Origin: Dudresnaya verticillata
Lineage: Eukaryota
Assembly (NCBI GenBank): GCA_977862235.1
Contig: OZ374557.1
Span: 2,108,001 to 2,172,000, forward strand
Length of the DNA stretch: 64,000 bases
Reading direction: 5' to 3'
In this document: positions 49,544 through 61,406 of the stretch, piece after piece
Numbering within the stretch: the stretch's first letter is position 1
Layout of the letters: each line of letters begins with the position of its first letter
Program-made: the position numbers and the translations under genes
Notes under the pieces: model-generated
Database searches by the model: none
The model's input: only the letters and a program-made list of their open reading frames with translations
Told to the model about the DNA's origin: nothing

Positions 49544-51263
49544 TTGCATGTTTGTGGAAGACGAGATGAATACGAGCCGCAATCAAGGAAGCGGTTCTGT
49601 TTCGCTTCTGCTGTTCGCGAGACTCCTGGTCCGGGAATAGGGCCGCCCCCGTCATTGGGAGGAGGAGCAGAGCTGGTACGAGGAGTGGCCGAAGAGAATA
49701 GGTTGACTGAATTGAATTCAAAGGACGTGTTCAGAATCCCCGATGAGGTACCCTGCATGGTCACTTCCTATCTTCTCGACGCTTTTGGACACGCGAATCA
49801 CACAGGAAACCTCGACGAGTTAGGATATAAGTATGAAACCATACAGAATCTTGAGATTCAACAAGCTATTGCCGCATTTCATGAGGTTGAGTATAGCCGC
49901 CGCATGGCGGAGGTTTCAGAGGGTGCCCAGGAAAAGAAGAAGGATATCAATGACCTCATGTACAAGAGCTTGGTCCCGGAACAGCTCTTCGGAAACAGTA
50001 TTTCCGTCCCTTTTATGTCTTTGCGGCGTGCTTCGAAATACTCTAAGGAACTAGAACGAACCGTTGTCTCTGCTTTCAACGTAAGAACTAGGAAGGTTTT
50101 GAATCTGCAGGTTTCGAAACCAGATCGGAACAGCAAGGACAAAACTTTCGCCATGTTATGCGTTGATGTTTTTGTTCGGGGCGAGGATAGCAGTGCTTTA
50201 ATGGCCTTGAAGAAGTTGGCTTTTAAAGGGAGAACGAACGTTACAAGTTGTGCACTACATCTTGCAGCAGCGAAGTCTAATTCCGCCAAATCCAAGAAGG
50301 GTAATGTCAGTGCAGTGCAATCTTCCGGCAGTGGTAACAAAGTGTCTTCAGGAAGCTGGTGATCATACCACAACCCAGCATGGAAATCTCTCGAGAAATA
50401 TCGCCACGACTGTATGCGGCGGACCGGAAGCATGCGTTATGAAACCACGGGCTGTCTGTACTCTAATATCCCGGGGCTCTGATAACGAAATTGTTGAGGT
50501 TGGTGTTGGTATGATATACCCATTGGTGACGTTTATGGATGGGGGGATGATCCCTACGGACTCGGTCATGGCGCGTTTTAATTCCATCTTTAACTCGGAG
50601 AGCACAGATGCAGATATGAAATCGAAGGCTATGTCGCGGCCAGTTTTGTGGAAGTGGAATGGTTTGAAGAGAGTTATTGCAATGGGCATGTATAACCACC
50701 CGGTTGGTACTTGCATCATTGTCCAAGACAAACCGTGGGATGCTGCAGGGACCTGCGCTACGTCACTAAGAACCCGAAAAAGAAGGCGGCACTTCAAGAT
50801 GGGAGTAGAAATTGCAAGAGCAGTTGTTATATGCGGACTGCAATTGAATATCAATGTGCATGGAGACACTCTTTATCCTTACTCTGAATGGTACGACAGC
50901 CAAAGAGCCAAGGCGCTTCTCTTGTCCCATTTTCCAGGCGGTAGTGTCCGGACAAAATTGACCGACGCAGTTGGTTCCACTTGCCTGCTATGGGATGGGG
51001 CCATGACAAAAAATGATACACCGGAATGCAGGTTTACAGAGATGGTTCGAGCTTTGTGTTCACAAATTAAGAATTTCTGTTTTGCACCCTTGTATCTCGA
51101 ATTACGCTCAGCACGTACTGTCCTCTCTCTCAAGTCCTACAAGACACTAATGTTCGCGCCCAAATGGAGTATTACTATTTTCGGTATACCATGTATACAT
51201 GTGTCATCCACGGCAATCCTTCGTGCATGGAAGAGAGATGATGAAATTTGTCTGCCACCATAG
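49544..51263 (+). pseudogene. Hypothetical coding region upstream of the helicase, possibly the same gene
   Basis: Two overlapping long same-strand ORFs (272 and 337 aa) ending just before the PIF1 ORF; no family recognised. Confidence 0.4.
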
Positions 51264-51339
51264 TCAGGGCGACCTTGTGCTTTGACTCTCCTAGTCGTAT
51301 TCAAGGATCCTCTCAGGTCAATCGTGTTATTTCCAAAGA

Positions 51340-52905
51340 ATGCAAGCGTTTAGGTTTAACCCAATTAGGTCTGGGGATGACTCTGATTGCGACCATGGCC
51401 AACTACTCGATGCTACGCAGAACAAGATACTCGATGCGTTCATGGCTAGGAGGAGTGCGGCAATAATTGGTGGAGCAGGATCGGGGAAAACATTCTTGCT
51501 TCAAGAAATGGTTAAACGTGCTTCAAGTGCTGCTGGAGGCGCAATGGGGGTGGCAGTCAGCGCTTTTACAAACGAGGCTGCCACAAGGATTGGAGGTTGT
51601 ACACTTCACTCGCTTTTTGGTGCCAAAGCCGGATGGCCTGCATGGACTAAAGATCTTCTATGGAAGTCGCTGAAAGATTTTCCGGCCAAGATACGACGGT
51701 TGCGAGATATTCGGGTTCTCATCATAGAAGAAGTTTCCATGATAAAGAAGAACGAGATTGAAGCCATTGACTTTGTTCTGAGAAAGCTTACTGCGTCGGA
51801 AGAGGAGGGTGCCCGGCCCTTAGGCGGACGTCAACTGGTAGTTGCGGGCGATCCATTTCAACTTGAACCGATAGATGTATGTGACGGGAGTTGTTTGTAT
51901 CAAACGTTTTTCGAGTCGCGAGTTTGGTTCCTAACATTCACAGCGTATGGAGACGGTGTCGTTGGGATTCTGGATGGAAACCACCGACAATCAAATGATA
52001 CCGAGTTTTACCGAATGCTTCGCAGGATTAGGTACGGAGGAGTGACGGAAGAGGACTGCAGCACGCTTAACCGGACGAGCGCAAATTCTAAAATGGAACC
52101 TCCCGCTGCTCACACGCGCCTCTGTTTTCGAAGGTATAAGGTTGCCAAGAGCAACAAAGAACGACTTGCAAGACTGCCTGGTGAGCTAGTGCGTTTCGAA
52201 GGGAGAGATAGCATCATTTCATCTTGCAATGTGCAGGCGCTTCAACGCCGCCTTGAAATGATGGCTAGCGTAGTAGTTGAGCTGAAAACTGGTTGCACAG
52301 TGATTCTGACGAGAAAATGCGGTGAATAAAACCCTGGAACTCGTTGGAAGGTTGGAGGCTTTGGCTCCGGTGGTGGACAGGGAAAAATCCAAGACGTGAT
52401 AGTAACATTGGAGTCATGGAGAGCTGAGGGTGAGGGTGATCGTATACATGTGGTTGATGTTATTAATGTCAAGGCAGTTGGGTTCCAGGTTCACGGCAAT
52501 GATCTGCCCGTCATAGGCACTAGAGTACAAATTCCAGTACTAGTTGCATATGCCATGACGATCCATAGAAGTCAGGGTATAGGTTTGGATGCTGTTGCCA
52601 TTGACTTCACTGGGGAGACGCAGTGGAAACCAAACGGGAATGTCTACGTTGAACTCTCCCGTTGCAGGACATTGGGCGGGCTGTGGGTGAAGGGATTGAA
52701 GACAGATATCATTTCTGTTAGTTGTAGGGCGAGGAAAGTTATGGAGACAATTAAGATGATTCGTGAACACCTACCCGATCGAATTATTGGAGAAGAAGCA
52801 CTCGATAGGTACTTGGAGGAGATCAGGCATGACAAAGAGAACAACATGGTCTGCCCAGTCGCCCTACCCGCGAAACGAACAAGGGAAGTGCTCCATGCAT
52901 CTTGA
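51340..52905 (+). pseudogene. PIF1-family (SF1B) DNA helicase, one in-frame stop at 52327
   Basis: GGAGSGKT, AFTNEAA..IGGCTLHSLFG, IIEEVSM, GGRQLVVAGDPFQLEP, HRQ, AYAMTIHRSQG, YVELSR. Confidence 0.88.
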
Positions 52906-54009
52906 CACAGTAGGAGTGTCACAGGGGATACCGTAACTTCTAATCAATACTCGATGGTTAGACGGACTGGAAAACGAATGTTGCGTCGCGCTGCTCTAAC
53001 AGACACATCCCAAAATTCATCGGAGTAAGGGAATTCCCTTCGATTAATGAAACTGAAACGTTCATGGTCGTACATTTCTTCGTATCCATGAAAACATCAG
53101 AACAGCCAAGACGTGCCCAAGTCGTTTTACTGCGGCGACTACTGATCTATAGTGTGTGACAGATGTCCACACGGTTCATCCCTCTACACTCTCTTCCCCG
53201 GTGAGTGTTCTGTGCTTCTGGTCTTGTGTGCTCTGCTCGTGTGCTCTGCTCTTGTACGGGAAAGGCAAAGTAATTAGGTAATGTAGTTTGTAGTGTAGAA
53301 AGCCATGCCTCGTAAGGTAAACATTGGGGTTTGTACCACTTAGGATTCATAGCTACTGTACCAACAACTAAATTCCTTTTGGTAGACGAAGGTAAATTCA
53401 CCAACCTGTTTTTGCTTCAACTGATACAGGTGGCGGTTATCTTTATCCATTTCAAACTGCATACTCATTGCGAGTAATACTCAATGCGATTAACTAATTG
53501 CGTTTCTAATTCATTCAGAAATTACTGCAATGTTTAATATGATTGAGAAGCCATTCTCGTGTCTTAAACACAAATACAGTGTTGTTGAATGTTTTCTGCT
53601 GCAAAAGCATCGCTTGGTGAATTGTGGTGTTTGAAAGATTCGTAAATGCAAGTTTATGATTTTTGAAGAGGCTGTCTGCTTTTATTCAGTGGAACTACAA
53701 CAAGATTGTTTAAATATTGGTAGAGAATGTTTGCATGAATTATTCACAGAAAATACGAATTGAATGTTTAATAAATTGGAACACGCTTTCAGATGCATGT
53801 AACTCTGAAAAATGGCAATTGTAGTGTTTAATAAATGTAGAGCATCTTTCCATCTTTTTAAGTATTGTAAAGTGTGTATGGAATGTTTGTACTTCATTAG
53901 CGAAGAATAATTCAACTGTATTCATCAAGAGTCAAGAACCTGTTTATTATGTACAGTTCTGGGGGCAATGATGGAAACGGCGGCGAATTGCCGTCGTTTT
54001 TCACCACAG

Positions 54010-54197
54010 CACTGCAGGCCCAGAGGCTTGGAAGGCCGACAGCTCGAACCGCAATAACCGTCGGGGACCCGACGGCTCAAACCGCAAACACCGTCGGGTA
54101 CGTTCTATTTTGGGACCCCGCCGGCTGATCACGGTATACCGTCGGGTAGAAACTCTATTCGGACCGTCGGGCCTGTATTGAGCCCGTGTAGGCCGAC
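54010..54197 (+). mobile_element. Probable terminus of a CACTA/EnSpm-like DNA transposon, interrupted by E4
   Basis: CACTG at 54010 followed by paired CCGACGG...CCGTCGG repeats (54036-54065, 54069-54098, 54118-54146, 54164-54171). Confidence 0.45.
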
Positions 54198-54716
54198 TGT
54201 AAGGAAGTGCCTTTTAGGTCTCTTGTGAACTCAAAGAGTGCACTTAATGAGAAATCCACAGAGCGGGTACCTGGTAGCGGTGGTAGAGCGGGAGGAACCC
54301 AGAGGGTAGACGAGGGCACGTAACCTGATTGGAAGCACGATACTGAAGGTAGTTCACTGGGCGGGCGGTTAACCGGGCACGGGTGACAAGTGTGCTGCGG
54401 TGCCGGTAGCTTGGAGACGTAGTTGGGGCCGGAATGTGCTTACCTTTACTGTTCAGTGACCGCTACGGGAGATACCCTTATATGGTACTCCGACTGTCAG
54501 GCAGCACCCCTCATACTGGGCTATATACACGCCCCCTATCCTAAGCTATAATTTCTAAAATAAATAGGCAGATACTAAGCTACTGACCTGCAGGGTGACA
54601 CTTGGACCAATCATAGACTACCCATCTTGTCCCTGCTGGCGCCCTATAGGTAACGCTATTTCCGCGCATACACGGGTGCAGAGGGCCCATTTCTGTAAGC
54701 CCTTCACTGTATTACA
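54198..54716 (-). repeat. 3' LTR of E4 (519 bp)
   Basis: TGTAAG...ATTACA; repeats 63565-64000; G-rich PPT GGGGGGCTC on the minus strand at 54717-54725. Confidence 0.93.
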
Positions 54717-54899
54717 GAGCCCCCCGAGATTGCGGCCCGTCCTCGGGACGCCAGGGCAGACTGCACGTGTTTCGCGCGAAATCATAACCGTTTGGTATCC
54801 AGACGGCTCGACGCCCATGACCGTCGTCGGCCGGCAATCGATCCCGCGTGCAGCAGTACTTCTCTTCCGCAGCAGCATTATCTCAAAGGTTTTTCCAAC

Positions 54900-57129
54900 A
54901 TGGTCCTACGTCAACCGCAACCAACACCACGCCGTTCACCACCCCGTCGGCGTCGTCTCTCCAGCCCCGACGTGGTCTTTCCAGTCACGCCTTGCGCAAG
55001 CCGCGGAGGTGACTACGCCGCGATGGCCCAGTCTTCCCCCATAGGTGGCCACGGAGGTTTGTCGGTGTTTTCCAATCAGGAGGTTCTGGAGCAGTTTCCA
55101 CTCCAAGGTTACCTCGTGGACGCCAACCTGGACACCTACCGCTTCCGGGCGATCCCCGAAGGTAAGCGCGAGAACCAGTGGGTTGCGCGTCTGCGTCACT
55201 GTCCGCCGAGCGTCCTTATTCCGAATCACTACGGTAGTGACCTCAAGTGGTTGCGTGTCGGGTTTGAAGAAGACTACGTCCCCTCGCTCTACCGCTTCCT
55301 TGAGGGTAACCAGTGGGTGAACGAAATCAAGTTATTTCCCGAGTCACTCCTGGAGTTGAAGCCTTTTCCCGACCTGTGGTGGTTAACCGAGCGGTGGGCA
55401 GTGGATATCTGGACGGAGACGCTCATCCGCAACCGTACCGATGGTCTCCTAGCGGGGTTTCACAATGTTGAAATGTGGAATATCCCCATGGGTCGGCGTC
55501 GGGATCACTACGTGAGGAAACCCAGCTGGTGGCACGCCATCGAAGGTCCGCGCTCATTGCCGTCGTTAACTCCGGGAGTGCTGGCGTACGTCGGCGCCCA
55601 TGCGCGTGACTCCTCGGCAAAGTGGTATTACCCAGTGTGGTCAATCGCCAAAACCGAGCAGGTACTCCACGTAGCGTTGGCATTTCTTCAGGCAGCCTAT
55701 TTTGGTATGTGGGACTCAATGCCCTATACCGAAGCTGGTTACCATGCCCAGGATGGTCTACCGGATGGTCGCCTTTTCCGCTTGTCCAAGACACTCGTCG
55801 AGTCAATCCGCACCCTTGGGGTCGACCTCATTTGTGGGGGTAGTACCTTTTCGGGTGACGACTTGGCGGGATTGCTAACCGCATCGGAGACCTTCAAGTG
55901 GGCCGCCGGCGAGGTTTGGGTTGCTTATGACCCCGAGGTTTCCGAAGCGATGGACCGATTTGGTAGGCGACATAACGTTGATAACCGTCCTGGTCCGCCT
56001 TTCTACTCCTTTGGGGAGGCAGAGGGCATGGGTCGGGGCTGGGGTCACATGGGGCCGAACTCGGATAGAAACCAAGTGGTCGACGACGATGAGACGCCCA
56101 CCTACAGTGGTTACCCCGACAGGACGCGTAGAGCGGCAGGGCCTGGGCCTCCAGCGAGGACCGCGCGCCTGGGTCCGGGGGCGCGTCCGGGGACTCCAAA
56201 GCCACAAGCGGCACCGGGGACAGTAACGTAAATGCGTGAGGCGCGTCCGACGACACCCGCACGGACACCTTCCACTGGCATACCCCCGATGGTCACTCCT
56301 GAGGCAGCGACTCGACAAGTTAACCCATTGGCTTCACCGAGTGGTCCCTCTGGTGCAGCGACGGTCCCAACTGGAATGACCCTATCTGCCTCGGGTCACC
56401 TTAAATTTGGTCGACTTCAAGAGGCGTGTCGCGCTGCGAAAATCGTGGTACCGGCAACCGTAGAGGATGCTCTGGCTGCCGCTCGGGAGTGGGTGTCGAA
56501 GGAGGCACTCCTGACTTGGCTACTCCGGGAGGTGGCCCAGATTGGGAACTTCCAAGTGAACCAACTGGGTACCCATATGGCGACGATGGACCGTTTGGGA
56601 ACCGAAGTGGCAAATGTCGGGGCGTCTCTTGCGAGTATGGCGGCTGCAATGCCGCAGAACGCCACGAGTTTCGTCACTTCCTGTAACAAGTTCACCCGGG
56701 AGGTCTTACGCAAGAGCGATCTTCAGCCGAAGACTTCCGCCCGTGGCGTGACCGATTCGCTTACCCAAGTGGTGAACTATCAACCGGGTGAACCTTTGGC
56801 TCTGGCGTCGTCAGGGCCGGCTCAGGGAGCTGAGCGGCAATCCGCTGCTTCGGCGGATATTACCAACGTGCTTGTGGGGGGGGCCGCCTAAGGAGACTCC
56901 AGCTGGCTCCTCTACCTATCAGGTGACGCAGCCTCTTCCTGCCGGGGTCAATACCAGTGTGGGTACTCCCGTGGAGGTAGGGAGCCGAGCGTCGCTGCAC
57001 GAAGCGACTCCTAGAGTTACCACGCCTGCGGAGACTCGTAGGGCGTCTCCTTTCCAACCCCGTCGCCTTGCGTCTTCTCGTTCGGGCGACTTCGAGGAGT
57101 CGGTTGGGAAACGGTCCCGTTATCAGTAG
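54900..57129 (+). pseudogene. Antisense accessory ORF of E4 (unknown family); in-frame stop at 56229, probable frameshift in a G-run near 56880
   Basis: 54900-56231 and 56232-56891 share a frame; core homologous to the E2 antisense ORF; ends GKRSRYQ. Confidence 0.82.
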
Positions 57130-57386
57130 GTACTCTGATTAGATGAGCCTCAAGGGTGACCTGACGAGTGTCCAATAAAATATCTTCTGTCTTGTGTTGT
57201 ATCTCCCTGTGTGGCTGTCCTTTGTCTTGGTTTCTGTGAGAGTACAGTATACTGTAGGCAAGTAGCGTGGAATAAATAGAAAAAGTGAAGAGGGGGTAGG
57301 ACCTAGTGCCGATTCATTTGACTCCATGAGATAACGCCGTCGCCAAGCCTTTTGATTGGGTGGCGCTGACTCTTCTGAGTGACGTT

Positions 57387-60300
57387 TCACGATGTATACT
57401 TTGGGGTCCGCGAAAATCCATGAACTACACCCCCAGCTCCGGGTGGTGGCGTCTGGTCAAGCCGGCGCCAGTAGTGTAATACAAAGTTGTGAGGGATGTG
57501 CGCGGGAGGCTCCCAAGTATCATCATTGGGTGCGTAACCATACCAGCAAACCTTATATTGGTAACCACTGTCGGTGAGACGGTGCTTAACCAAATGGTCA
57601 ACTGTATAGTAATCCGACTGGGGTGGGGTTGTATGCGGTGGAGGGGCCGAAGGCGGATCCTGCGTGATCTCCGGGTCGGCCAGGGTAGTGCGGGGACCAC
57701 GATGAGGGTCAACCGAAATACGGTCTTGCGAAACGGTATTAAAAAGCCCGTATTGCTTAATCGTAACCGTATGGTTGGGATGTACGGCTGTAACCAAAAA
57801 GGGTCCGGTTGCTTTGGGCAAACGTTTCCTAGAAAGGTTCTGCTCCTCGGCGGGGTCAACTAGGGAAGCCTGTCGTTCACCAACTTGCCGTTTAGTAAAC
57901 TTAGGACGGTCAAGATAGGCCCAATCACCAACAGTAACCGAGAAGAGCCGTGCCACGGAGGTGTCAACGGCAGATTTGTAAAGTTGTTGGGCAGCCGTGA
58001 GGGTGACCTTAGCGGTAGAAATAGCCTTTTGAAGTTTCCGAATGGTTAAACGCTTAACAGAAGCAGCGGTGAGTTGAGAATCCAACTGATTGGTAAAGCC
58101 CGTTGTGGGAGAACCCTGTAGAGGCATAACCGAAGGTTGCCGGGATAGGACGAGATCGAAGGGCGCGGTGCCCGTAGAGCGGTGAACCTGAAGGTTATAC
58201 GCATAGGTAAGCGGATGCACGTAACTGTCCCAGTCACGCTGATGATCTGCGACGTAATGACGTAACCGCTGGACAAGAGTCTTATCGAACCGTTTGACCT
58301 GACCATTGGTCTGGGGGTGGTAAGCGGTTGTAAATAGCTGACGTAACCCCAGGGTTTGGCAGATCGTGGCGAAGAACTTCGACACGAACTGGGGACCATT
58401 GTCTGAAAGCACATATAACGGAACACCATAAGGGTAGACCCAGTGGTCCAGAAAAACTTGCGCAACCGTGCGGGCATTGGTATTCCGTAAAGGTATGGCG
58501 CGCGTAAGCTTAGAAAACCGATCGGTAATAACCAAGACGAAACGGTTTCCATGTACTGTTTTTGGGAAAGGCCCCGCGAGATCCATAGCAAGGAATTCCA
58601 GTGGTCCAGCGGCGGGAAATAACTTAAGGTAGTTCTGATGTTTCCGTAAGGTACCCCGATTTTGGACACACTTAGTACAGTCACACACAACGGCATATGC
58701 GTCATTAGCCATATACGGCCAATAAAACTGTCGCCGGAGGGTGTAATACATTCTTGAACCACCAGGGTGTCCAGAAAGGAGAGGATAGTGGGCTACGTAT
58801 AGGATGCGGGGACGCAGGGACTTTGGCACCACTATCTGAAGTGCTCCATCGAGTGTCGCTTGGCGGATTAGAAAACCATTATGGTCCCACTGAAATTGAG
58901 AGCCAGTGATACCAACTTGGTTAGCCATCTTTTGGCAGTACTCATCCCTTGATTGTGCCTCGAGGAGTTCTTGCTTACTAACCTGACGGGGTAAACCTTT
59001 TTGGTTTGCCAAGTCACGGACGGTATGTAAATTGAGCTGACGCGGGGTGCTATTTTCAACCGCGAGGGTAAAACAGGGGATGTCATCATCTAATGGTGTT
59101 TGGTCACTCCCTGTAGTCGAAAGCCGTGACATGGTGTCCGCCAAATGATGTTCCCTTCCAGGATTGTAGGTGACTAGGAAGTCGAACTCCGAGAGTCTTG
59201 AACGCCAACGTGCTAGGCGACCCGATCATCCGAGAGGTTTAATAACCACTGAAGGGGTTCGTGGTCGGTTCTAACCGTAAAGCGGTCACCTTCAAGGTAA
59301 CGTCGGAGTGTTAAAAGACTCCATACAACGGCGAGACATTCCCGTTCGGTGGCCGAATAATTACGCTCGGCGGAATTAAGAGTGCGACTCCAATAACCAA
59401 TAGGCATCTTATCCCCTTGTTTGGTTTCTTGAAGTAAGCAACAGCCAACCTGAAGGTCGCACGCATCGGTATCGACATAGTAACGGAATCCCTTTCGAGG
59501 TAACGCCAATATGGGTGCCGTTAAAAGACGACGCCGGAGTTTGTCGAAGGCGTCGTACTCATCCTCTGTGAGTGACTCAAAAGTGAAGGGTTGATCCTTG
59601 CGAAGTTTCCTGGAGAGGGGAGACGCAATTCGTGCATAATTGGGGACGAAACGTCGATAGACGTTACATACTCCAAGAAATGACCTTAACTCGGTTTGAT
59701 CCGTGGGAGGTTTCGCCTGGCGTAGTGCGGTAACGTTTTTCGAGGCGACTTCAAGCTTTCCTGGACGTATGATATGGCCGAGGTAATCGACGGAAGCTTC
59801 GAAGAACTTATACTTAGACAACTTAAGAGAAACCCCAGCGGTTCTTAGTAGATCGAGCACAGTACCTAAATGGTGGAAGTGGTCATTAATACTCCGAGAG
59901 TACACGATAACGTCGTCGAGTTAAACCAAAGCGTATTGCCACTTGAATCGAGATAGAATAATGTCGACTGCCCGTTTGAATGTGGCGGGCGCATTCTTGA
60001 GACTAAATGGCATCCTAATAAAACGGTATAACCCTTCGTGGCAGGTGAACGTCGTCTTATCGCGATCGTCGGGATCGACTTCAACTTGCCAATAGCCACT
60101 ATTACAGTCGAGCGTCGTAAATACCTTAGCATCTCCCAGTGAATCAATACATTCGTCCATTCGAGGTAACGGATATGAATCTCGTCTAGTAATACTATTA
60201 AGTCGGCGATAGTCGACGCAAAAACGCAGAGACCCATCAGGTTTGGACACAAGGACTACAAGACTGGCCCATTCTGCCCCAGAGGGTTCAATAACGCCTT

Positions 60301-61383
60301 CGCGTAACATTCGTTGTACTTCCGCCTTTTCGGCTTCCCGAGCTTTAGGGCCAGCTCTATAAGGGTGTTGATAGATGGGTTTTCCCCTTCCATCAACTCA
60401 ATCCTGTGCTGAGTGGCCTTAATGGTGCCCAGTTGGCCTGACCACATTTCTTGATACTCTTGAAGCATTTCCATAATTTGGGATCGAGTAGCACTGTCTT
60501 CGACACCTATATGGACAGTGTCTTCCCAACAGGGTTGCGCTTTTGACTTGTCCCCCTGGATATACGACCGGGGGTCTTCTTGTAGAGTTCCAATACTCAA
60601 AACCTGATCCGGTCTTGGTAACGCATGGCCTACTACTTGTGTCTTTTTCAAGCGAGCAGGGCGATCACCAAAATTGGTCATTAGCACAGGAAAAGCTTCG
60701 ATCGGAAGAAAATCCCTGATCCTGTTTGCCATAATGGTTAACGACTTGTATAGTGACCGCGGGGTATTATGAACCAGGCATAATCCAGATGCACTGGTCC
60801 TCACTGGCACGAACGAACGTGACCTAGGAGGTATGACCCAGTCTTTGGCTATTCTCACTTTGGTAGAAACCGTTGGTTGTGTAGCGTCGGGAATAGTAAC
60901 TCCTCCCATGGAAACACCGAGGATAGGTACTGCTGGGGCATTCTTCAAAAGTAACCTTTGGGGTCCCGGCATGATGGCTGTGACATGTCGATCGATGAAA
61001 GCTGTACCGAGTATAACTTCGGCAGGCATATTAGCAACAACCAGAAAATGGGTCTTCGTATAGAGATTACCGACACGGATATATAAGGGGATGACTCCTA
61101 CAGGTAATATTCGATTATTAGAAGCGTCGACGATGCTACGCGTGGTTTCCTTATACGGTTTGGCTCGCTTTTCCCAACCATTAGGTAACATTTTAACAGG
61201 AACCAGATTGGGTCCGGCGCCAGAATCAATCACGCCCCTTGCGGATGTCATCTGAGATGACCAGACCCCTAACGATAGATCCACTTTGTAGTTTTGCTTC
61301 TTAAGTAAACATACTTCATCATAGTCATCACCCTCCAGGTTATCCACGATATCGGGTCGTAACACAGGTTCTGGAAGGCGCAT
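57387..61383 (-). pseudogene. pol: pol of E4 (PR-RT-RH-IN-chromodomain)
   Basis: VIDSGAGPNLV, FCVDYRRLN, V*LDD (stop at the YLDD Tyr), TDACDLQVG, ERECLAVVW, HPGGSRMY..CTKC, SDNGPQF, GPFLV, YKVCWYGYAPNDDTWEP. Confidence 0.94.
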
Positions 61384-61406
61384 ATTTGCGGAGGGGGTAT
61401 GCGTCG

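Noticed and set aside
51340..52905. Helitron
   Set aside because: No HUH/Y2 Rep motifs recognised upstream, and no hairpin-CTRR end identified
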